From positions 36,948 through 100,947 of the forward strand of contig JALOCA010000005.1 in assembly GCA_023227965.1 (NCBI GenBank): 64,000 nucleotides of DNA, given 5' to 3'. The notes beneath the pieces were generated by a model. It did no database searches and had not been told where the DNA came from. It saw only the letters and a list, made by a program, of their open reading frames with translations. A program made the position numbers and the translations under genes. Positions 56,844-64,000 of this stretch are shown piece after piece; position 1 is the stretch's first letter, and every line of letters begins with the position of its first letter. The stretch comes from Lentimicrobiaceae bacterium. GTDB taxonomy: Bacteria; Bacteroidota; Bacteroidia; Bacteroidales; JALOCA01.

Positions 56844-57970
56844 CTACGCCTTAGTTACGGGAAGGGATGTGCCCTGGTTGATTTGGCTTTCTACCCAAAT
56901 TTCGCCGTTATTTTTCCCGATAAATTCTTTACATAGCAACAAACCCAATCCCGTTCCCTTTTCGTTAGATGTGCCTGGTGTGGAAATTTTTTCATCGAGA
57001 CGGAATAATTTTTTTTGGTTCTCGTTACTGATGCCTACTCCGTTATCGGAAATACACACCATCACTTTCCCGTCAATTTCCATGGTAATTTTTTGGTTTT
57101 TCTTTTGAAACAAAGAAGCCAGAATAGAAATTAATTGGGCAGAAATTTCCGACAGATTTGTATTTTGGGGCTTTGCCTGCATTTTTCTCATGTTTGCACG
57201 AGCCCAGTTCAGGTTCAGGATACTTTCGAGCGATTTATCAATCTGGTTGCCAGCATGGGCAATCTGTTCAATAAACTCATCTTTTTCCGCCGAAGAATAA
57301 TCCCCGGCATTTGAAATCAGCAATTCGCTATATCCGATGATGATATTTAGGGGGTTCTTTAAATCGTGGGCAATAGTGGAAAAAAATTTGTCTTTTGTGA
57401 GATTGGCTTCTCTGAGTTGATTGGCTTATAGCTGAATTTGGTGGTTCTTTTCTTCGAGATATTTTTTTGCCTTCTTTTGCCGCTGCCTTGAGCTATAAAC
57501 GGTAATGATTAAAAGCACAAAGAAAATCAGTAACTGTTGCCGTTTAATGGTGGTTGCCTTTAGCTGGTTTTCCATTTTAAGCTTTTGGTTTTCCTGCTCT
57601 TTCCGAACAAGGTTAAAGCGGGCTTCCGTTTCGGATAATCTGCTTTCCTGTAAAAGCCATTCGGCTTCAACGCACTCTTATTTTGATAACTTTCTATCAA
57701 GCCCCTGTTATACTGTATTTCCTTAGATGCTTTAATTGCCTGTTCGGTATAACTAAAACCTGAAGTCATATCAGAATACTTTAGCTGTCAGCTCAGTGTA
57801 TTTATCAAATCAATTTTTTGTTTTCCTTCTGCTTTTGCAAGAAGTTGTTTAAGGCTATCTATATTTAGTACTTCCTGGACGGTAATTTTCTCTGTTAAAA
57901 GGGAAAAGAAGAAAATGAGAAACAAGTATTTGAAATGTACAAATGGGTATTTAAACAAAGTAAAATTCAT
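56844..57970 (-). pseudogene. Degraded TPR-type sensor histidine kinase
   Basis: An intact HATPase_c domain ('DNGVGI', 'GTGLGLLLCKEF') and H-box ('FFSTIAHDLKNPLN', 57324-57425) lie in one frame. Upstream there is an in-frame TAA at 57426-57428, a frameshift near 57660 and a stop at ~57788. The TPR region is reduced to about one repeat ('YTEQAIKASKEIQYNRGLIESY'). Confidence 0.75.
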
Positions 57971-58060
57971 AAGCGCAAACGCTAAAGAAAATATGATATA
58001 ATCCTTAATATAGGGAGAAATTTTTATTAAACAAGTTATTTTTAATCAGAAAAAACATTT

Positions 58061-58092
58061 TAATAAAAAAGCTGCATCATTGCAGCTCTTTT
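58061..58092. terminator. Bidirectional terminator next to gpmA
   Basis: aaaaaa-gctgca-tcat-tgcagc-tctttttt. Confidence 0.6.
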
Positions 58093-58842
58093 TTATTTTT
58101 TGGCTTTTCCCTGGTTGGCTACCGCCTCCATCATTTTCTTTATTTCTTCGGGGTCGCCGAGAAAATAATCTTGTAGTAATTTCATATTATTGTCAAATTC
58201 AAAAATATAAGGAATACCTGTTGGAAGGTTAAGGGCTATAATTTCCTGATCGCCTACATTTTTCAAGTATTTTACAATGCCCCTAAGACTGTTTCCATGA
58301 GCGGCAACTATAACTTCATTTTTTTGTACCAGGGTAGGCTGCATTTCGGTTTCCCAATACGGAACTATACGTGCCACAGTGTCTTTCAGTGCTTCCGTAG
58401 CAGGTTGCTCGGCAGGAGATAAATCTTTGTACCTAGGATCGAATCGTGGGTGACGGGAATCATTTTCCGAAAGGGGAGCCGGAGGAATATTGTAGCTACG
58501 CCTCCAGATATGCACCTGTTCTTCACCATATTTTTCGGCGGTTTCGGCTTTGTTTAATCCCTGCAGGTTGCCATAATGTTTTTCATTAAGTCTCCAGCTA
58601 TTTTTTACCGGTATCCACATTTGGTCCATTTCTTCCAGAACTAACCATAAGGTTTTGATAGCCCTTTTAAGGTAGGAAGTATAAGCTACTTCAAAATGAA
58701 AGCCATTTTCTTTTAATAGCTTCCCTGCTTTCTTGGCTTCGACAATCCCTGTTTCTGACAAGGGGACATCGGTCCATCCCGTAAAACGGTTTTCCTTATT
58801 CCACTGGCTTTCGCCATGCCTTATTAACACTAATTTCTTCAT
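58093..58842 (-). CDS. gpmA: 2,3-bisphosphoglycerate-dependent phosphoglycerate mutase
   Basis: '[10 protein letters not shown]', 'RLNEKHYG' and 'AAHGNSLRG' motifs. Confidence 0.95.
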   Translation of the reverse strand: MKKLVLIRHGESQWNKENRFTGWTDVPLSETGIVEAKKAGKLLKENGFHFEVAYTSYLKRAIKTLWLVLEEMDQMWIPVKNSWRLNEKHYGNLQGLNKAETAEKYGEEQVHIWRRSYNIPPAPLSENDSRHPRFDPRYKDLSPAEQPATEALKDTVARIVPYWETEMQPTLVQKNEVIVAAHGNSLRGIVKYLKNVGDQEIIALNLPTGIPYIFEFDNNMKLLQDYFLGDPEEIKKMMEAVANQGKAKK

Positions 58843-59022
58843 CTGTTATTAATTTTATAATTTATTGGTCAGATGCCTGCCTGCCGGTAGGCAAAGAATA
58901 TTCATAAATATCATTTTTAATTTGTATGAAAATTTTTAATCCATTCGAATAACTTGTCCTGACTAATTTTTTTACAAAAATACATCAAATTTACCTTCAC
59001 TGTTTTTATGTACTTTCGCTAA

Positions 59023-59658
59023 ATGAAAATCCGGATGCTGTTTACAAAAGTTCCTTCGGTGGTTCGTTGGTTAAGTCCTTCGGCTATTTTTTGGAAAATT
59101 CCTGTAAAAGAGAAAATTGTATTCCTCACTTTTGATGATGGACCCATCCCTGAGGCTACTCCGGAGGTATTGGAAATTCTGGAACAAAAAAATGTAAACG
59201 CTACTTTTTTTTGTGTGGGTGATAATGTGAAAAAATATCCTCAAATTTTTGCTCTGGTAAAAGAAAAAGGTCATGATATTGGCAATCACACATTTAATCA
59301 CATCAAAGGATTTCGAACACCCGATGAAAACTACTTTACCAACATAGCAATGTGCGATGAACAGGTACAAAGCAAGTATTTCCGCCCCCCCTATGGTCAA
59401 ATCCGGCCGAGGCAGATAAAATATTTGTCGAAAAGTTATTCCATCATAATGTGGACGGCATTCAGCGGAGATTTTGATCCATCGCTATCTGTGAAACGAT
59501 GTATTAAAAATATTATAACCGCCGCACGCCCCGGAGCCATTTTTGTTTTCCACGACAGCCTGAAAGCCCGCGAAAAGATGCTGCCAGCGTTGAGTGAAGT
59601 AATTGATATTTTGAAAGAAAAAGGGTACTCCTTCGGTCTGCTTTCCGATTTTATCTGA
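59023..59658 (+). CDS. Polysaccharide deacetylase (NodB/CE4 family)
   Basis: 'LTFDDGP', 'ATFFCVG', 'GNHTFNH' and 'RPPYG' motifs. Confidence 0.85.
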   Translation: MKIRMLFTKVPSVVRWLSPSAIFWKIPVKEKIVFLTFDDGPIPEATPEVLEILEQKNVNATFFCVGDNVKKYPQIFALVKEKGHDIGNHTFNHIKGFRTPDENYFTNIAMCDEQVQSKYFRPPYGQIRPRQIKYLSKSYSIIMWTAFSGDFDPSLSVKRCIKNIITAARPGAIFVFHDSLKAREKMLPALSEVIDILKEKGYSFGLLSDFI

Positions 59659-59711
59659 ACGGTAACTATGAAGCTTATTTTTTGCAAATTTGTAACGTCA
59701 AATTTCACAAC

Positions 59712-61397
59712 TTGAAAAGAAGTCCGTTTTTACTATTTGCCTGGCTGTTTGGGCTTATCCTTATGGCTGGCTGCGCTACCATAGTTGCTCCCTCAGGAGG
59801 AGAAAAGGATGTTTCTCCTCCGAAAATAAAAGCAATGCACCCTAATGACCGTAGCACCGGGTTTTCTGCCAAACGCATTCAAATTACCTTTAATGAATTC
59901 GTACAACTTAAAGATGTCAACACCAGTTTTCTTTCCTCACCTCCTTTTGAAAATCAGCCTGACATTCTGATAAAAGGGAAGTCATTGGTTATATCTCTGA
60001 ATGATACGTTGAAACCCAATACAACCTACAGACTGTTTTTCGGTAATGCCGTACAGGATCTCACAGAAAATAACCCACTCAGTAACTTGACCTATACTTT
60101 TTCCACAGGCAAATATCTTGATTCGCTTCGCATGAAAGGCTTGGTTGTCAATGCATTTACAACTAAACCTAAAAAAGAGATACTTGTATTTTTATACAAA
60201 AGCTCCGGCGATTCCGTAGTGTATAAAGAAAAACCTTATTATGTTGCAAAAACAAACGAAAACGGCAGTTTTGAATTTGAAAATATTGCCGCGGGATTAT
60301 ATAATATTGTTGCCCTAAAAGATGCGAACAATAATTTTCTTTGTGATGGAATAGCAGAAGACATAGGATTTGCCCCGCAAAAAATTACGCTGGATACTTC
60401 TGTTATGCAAACAGATACCCTTACGCACGACACATTGCAAAAAGTCAAGATGTTAAACATTGGCACTTTACAGCTTTTCAAACAAGCTGATTCGACGCAA
60501 AAAATACTCAAAGCCTCTGTAACCCGCCATGGTCAGCTTACTTTCTGTTTCTCAAATCCTGTTAAAAACCTCGAAATATTGCCACTTAAAGAAGATTCTT
60601 CTTTCCTGACCTGTATCCGCGAAATAAATCCGGGCAAGGATACCATCGTATTTTGGCTTCCAAAAATCATAAACGATTCCGCCAGATTTTGTGTTGCCGA
60701 TAATGGAAAAATACTTGATACACTGAATATTTCGTTAAAGATGCAAGTGAGAACCCGAAAAGGCAAAAGCGAAGCTATCGAAAAACCTAACGCTCTTACC
60801 GTTGAACTTTTGCTAAATAATGGCACTTTTTATGAACGCAGAATCCCTCTCAGCCTTGTTTTTTCACAGCCGCTTTTGCAATACAATTGGGAGAAATGTA
60901 AATTGGTGGAGGAAAAAGACACCCTACCTATTCAGATAGAGTTTACGGATGCAGTACACCGAAAAGCCCATGTTTTGCATAAATGGAAAGAAAATACGCA
61001 ATATCAACTGATTGTACCTGAGGATGCAGTGGAAGATATTTTTCATCAAAAAAACGACAGTATTCTTTTCCCATTCAAGACAAGGTTATTATCGGAATAT
61101 GGAAGTCTGCTTATGAATATAAAACTTAAACCGGGTACAGGGAATCTTATTGTACAATTGCTGAACGAAAAAGATAAAGTTATTGAACAACATATGATTA
61201 ATGGAGATACACCGATTAAATTTGAATTTCTGCCACCCGGTAAATACCAGATAAAAGCTGTGTACGACTCCAATAAAAACAGAAAATGGGATACTGGAAA
61301 CTATATTAAAAAAATACAACCGGAAAAGGTTGTATTATACAATAAATTACTGGAGATAAGAGCAAATTGGGATATTGTGGAAAACTGGGATTTATAG
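59712..61397 (+). CDS. Ig-like-domain lipoprotein (SbsA-Ig-like N-terminus)
   Basis: The ORF has no usable ATG. A TTG at 59712 gives 'MKRSPFLLFAWLFGLILMAGC', a canonical lipoprotein signal. 'DVSPPKI' then follows, typical of Bacteroidota Ig-like lipoproteins. Confidence 0.7.
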   Translation: MKRSPFLLFAWLFGLILMAGCATIVAPSGGEKDVSPPKIKAMHPNDRSTGFSAKRIQITFNEFVQLKDVNTSFLSSPPFENQPDILIKGKSLVISLNDTLKPNTTYRLFFGNAVQDLTENNPLSNLTYTFSTGKYLDSLRMKGLVVNAFTTKPKKEILVFLYKSSGDSVVYKEKPYYVAKTNENGSFEFENIAAGLYNIVALKDANNNFLCDGIAEDIGFAPQKITLDTSVMQTDTLTHDTLQKVKMLNIGTLQLFKQADSTQKILKASVTRHGQLTFCFSNPVKNLEILPLKEDSSFLTCIREINPGKDTIVFWLPKIINDSARFCVADNGKILDTLNISLKMQVRTRKGKSEAIEKPNALTVELLLNNGTFYERRIPLSLVFSQPLLQYNWEKCKLVEEKDTLPIQIEFTDAVHRKAHVLHKWKENTQYQLIVPEDAVEDIFHQKNDSILFPFKTRLLSEYGSLLMNIKLKPGTGNLIVQLLNEKDKVIEQHMINGDTPIKFEFLPPGKYQIKAVYDSNKNRKWDTGNYIKKIQPEKVVLYNKLLEIRANWDIVENWDL

Positions 61398-61398
61398 T

Positions 61399-61698
61399 TT
61401 ATCGTTCGCCACAACGGTTAATACAATGAATTATTTCGGTAAGTGATTCACTTTTAAGCGAATAATATATTTGCTTTCCTTCACGCCGTGAAACCAGAAC
61501 ACCCTTATTCTTTAAAATATTCAGATGGTGAGAGGCTGTAGCCTGCTCTATTTTCAGTTTCTGATAAATTTCTGTAACATTTAGTTTTCCATTGGTATCA
61601 AGCATTTCTATAATTGCCACCCGCATAGGATGTGCCATCGCCCTGAGTTTACTTGCTGCGTTTTCTAACTTATTTACGTCTAATAAAAATTTCTTCAT
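61399..61698 (-). CDS. ArsR/SmtB-family transcriptional regulator
   Basis: 'AMAHPMRVAIIEML..LNVTEIYQKLKIEQATASHHLNILKNKGVL' is a winged HTH. Confidence 0.85.
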   Translation of the reverse strand: MKKFLLDVNKLENAASKLRAMAHPMRVAIIEMLDTNGKLNVTEIYQKLKIEQATASHHLNILKNKGVLVSRREGKQIYYSLKSESLTEIIHCINRCGER

Positions 61699-61993
61699 TC
61701 CCGATATTTTTTTGCAAAAGTAAAGATAATTATAAATTATTCATATAACATTTTCTGAATAATTACCATGAATGTGTTGTTTTTTTTATTTTCTATGCGT
61801 TACAAAGATGAAAAAAATATATATACAAAACAATTAATTTAATAATTAAATGAATGTCAAACAATTACAATCAAAACTAATATATCTAATAATCAGATAC
61901 TTTTATAAAAATTCATCCATTTTCTTTTGTAACGGTGTTGGGAAATAAACAAAATTTCCGCCAGGAAAGATCAGGATTGCACTAATTTTAACA

Positions 61994-63631
61994 TCATACA
62001 AACAAGGAAGTAAATGCAAATTTTTTACTGTCGAACAAACCTTTATCGCTGATTTTCAAATTGGGTATCACTAACAAAGCCATAAATGAAAGGGTCATAA
62101 ATGGCGAGTTTAATTGACAACCCATCGCTTTCAGCTTTTCGTTAATTTTTTCGTAATTTTCGGCAACTTTGTAACCATCTTCAGTGCTCATCAGTCCTGC
62201 AAAAGGAAGGGGTAAAAATGCTTCCTCTCCGTCCTGAACGCAGCATATGCCTCCTTTACTACTTATTATCAACTTAATAGCATGAAGCAATTCTTTATCG
62301 GAAGTACCGATAGCAATAATATTATGGCTATCATGGGCAACGGTAGAAGCAAAAGCTCCTTTTTGAAGTTTAAAATTATTGATAAATCCTATTGCGGGTG
62401 CAGAAGGCTGGTATCTGTTAATAGCCACTATTTTCAGTATGTCATTTTCCGTATCTGAAACCACATATCCATTTTCAATTTTTGCCTTACAACGTATTTC
62501 ATCGGTGATAAGCTGTCCCTCAAGGGCTTTTATTACCCTTATGGTTTTGCCCTTAGCCACAACCTGCAAGTCGGAAATAGTTATTTCTTTAGCATTAAAA
62601 TTATTCAACGGGGTATTTTGTACCGAAGAAAGCAATGTTCTGCCCCCTTCAGCTACTTTTTCACCATTGATAAATGTAGAAAGAATTGTAAAATCATTCA
62701 AATTATCAACGATAATACAATCGGCATTATCGCCTGCCTGCAGCAAACCGGAGTCCAAGCCGTAATGCCGTACAGGGTTGAGTGTGCAGGCACGAATACA
62801 ATCAATGATATTATATCCTTTGTCAATGGCACGTTTTACTAATTGATTGATATGACCTTTCACCAAGTCGTCGGGGTGTTTGTCGTCAGAACAAAACATT
62901 ACCATTTGGGGATATTGTGCAAGAAGAGGGAGCAGTTCGTCGAAATTTTTTGCCGCACTTCCTTCCCTGATTAAAATTTTAATTCCCTGTTGAATTTTTT
63001 CACGAGCTTCTTCAAGGGTAAAGCACTCATGATCGGTACTAACACCTGCTGCCGCATATTTTATGATATCTTTACCGGTAATTCCGGGGGCATGTCCATC
63101 AATAACTTTTTCCCTTACTTTAGCTGCCGAGAGTTTTCCGTTTACTTCCGTATCATCGTAGAGTACTCCAGGAAAATTCATCATTTCACTTAAATATTTT
63201 ATTTCGGGATTATCCAGCAGAGTTTCGGTTTCTTTAATACCCAGTTTTGCACCGGAAGTTTCAAACGGGGTAGCCGGAACACAAGAAGGCGCACCAAAAT
63301 AAAACCCGAAAGGAGTTGATTTACCGTTTTTTATCATAAATTGTATGCCCTTCATGCCTAAAACATTGGCAATTTCGTGAGGATCGGAAACCGTACCCAC
63401 CGTACCATGTACTACTGCAAGACGGGCAAACTCTGAGGGTAAAAGCATTGAACTTTCGATATGTACGTGGGCATCAATAAGTCCAGGAAGGATAAAATGG
63501 TTTTCGGGCGTATTTTTTTCAGTAACGGAGACTATTTTTCCATTTTTCACTACAAGGGTACCCTTGAAAATTCTCGAGCAAACCACATCAACAATATTTC
63601 CCGAAAGGGAAAAAGAAGTATTTTTTTTCAT
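61994..63631 (-). CDS. ade: Adenine deaminase
   Basis: 545-aa amidohydrolase. 'PGLIDAHVHIESS', 'SEMMNFPGV', 'IDGHAPG' and 'STDHE' blocks. Confidence 0.9.
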   Translation of the reverse strand: MKKNTSFSLSGNIVDVVCSRIFKGTLVVKNGKIVSVTEKNTPENHFILPGLIDAHVHIESSMLLPSEFARLAVVHGTVGTVSDPHEIANVLGMKGIQFMIKNGKSTPFGFYFGAPSCVPATPFETSGAKLGIKETETLLDNPEIKYLSEMMNFPGVLYDDTEVNGKLSAAKVREKVIDGHAPGITGKDIIKYAAAGVSTDHECFTLEEAREKIQQGIKILIREGSAAKNFDELLPLLAQYPQMVMFCSDDKHPDDLVKGHINQLVKRAIDKGYNIIDCIRACTLNPVRHYGLDSGLLQAGDNADCIIVDNLNDFTILSTFINGEKVAEGGRTLLSSVQNTPLNNFNAKEITISDLQVVAKGKTIRVIKALEGQLITDEIRCKAKIENGYVVSDTENDILKIVAINRYQPSAPAIGFINNFKLQKGAFASTVAHDSHNIIAIGTSDKELLHAIKLIISSKGGICCVQDGEEAFLPLPFAGLMSTEDGYKVAENYEKINEKLKAMGCQLNSPFMTLSFMALLVIPNLKISDKGLFDSKKFAFTSLFV

Positions 63632-63642
63632 CTGAATTGCAA

Positions 63643-64000
63643 TTATTTATTCGGTTGATAAGGGTATTTATTCGGATTTCTTCCAAAAACCGAAATGGTA
63701 ACATACCTGTTTGGATTGCGTTTAATATCATCCACAAGTTCCTGGAGTTGGCGGGCGGCTCCGTCAATTTGGTTATAAAGTTTATTGTCGTTAACAAGCA
63801 AACCAAGTGTGCCGTCGCCACGGTTTATTTTTTCCATGACCAGTGCAAAATCATTTACGGCTTTATTGGCATTCAATAAAGTGTTAGAAATATTGGATTG
63901 CCCCAGCGTATCACTTAATGCTGAAAAATTGCGAATCAAATTGGTTATTTTTTCATTATTAGCCCGCAGGTTGCCCGAAATGGATTCAATATTTGAAAAA
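63643..64000 (-). CDS. MlaD/MCE-family protein, C-terminal part (N-terminus beyond the window)
   Basis: The frame is open to nt 64000. 'INRGDGTLGLLVNDNKLYN..LQELVDDIKRNPNRYV' is typical of MlaD-like proteins. Confidence 0.7.
   Translation of the reverse strand, partial: FSNIESISGNLRANNEKITNLIRNFSALSDTLGQSNISNTLLNANKAVNDFALVMEKINRGDGTLGLLVNDNKLYNQIDGAARQLQELVDDIKRNPNRYVTISVFGRNPNKYPYQPNK

Overview
This is a 64-kb chromosomal window from a Bacteroidota genome. Supporting signs are T9SS C-terminal sorting domains on two large secreted peptidases, TAnnTTTG-type -7 promoter boxes, many lipoprotein signal peptides and LytS/LytTR and ECF regulators. A Psr-type molybdoenzyme and an EFR1-type ferredoxin suggest an anaerobic lifestyle. 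I count about 60 protein genes, most on the minus strand between 3 and 47 kb. I found no rRNA, tRNA or CRISPR array by eye. The backbone is housekeeping: frr-pyrH, secA, secDF, pgk, gpmA, ung, ade, mobA. Interleaved modules are: (i) arginine decarboxylase, agmatinase and a deoxyhypusine-synthase-like gene (polyamines); (ii) a 5.6-kb sulfur block of PsrABC-like oxidoreductase, a split YeeE/YedE pair and an atypical rhodanese; (iii) aminotransferase, omega-amidase, ThiF(family 2), ThiS and a MATE exporter; (iv) a FadL porin plus an SGNH lipoprotein; (v) two T9SS peptidases (M28 with a P-domain; a 1533-aa C25 gingipain-like protein). One IS200-type element sits between secDF and its terminator. 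One sensor kinase is clearly decayed. The 39-43 kb stretch carries unusual short-period repeats: (GATTGTGCG)n, (AATTACG)n, and an exact 30-nt sequence present three times that brackets a phosphoesterase gene as an inverted repeat. My best candidates for something undescribed are three. First, a membrane-anchored rhodanese that lacks the active-site Cys but ends in a Lys-rich ...GGCS tail, closing the Psr/YeeE operon. Second, the ThiF-ThiS-MATE unit, which is translationally coupled and outside any thiamine context. Third, the AATTACG repeat cassette. All calls rest on motif recognition by eye. No homology search, RNA covariance search or statistics were run, so family names are inferences and start codons are approximate.
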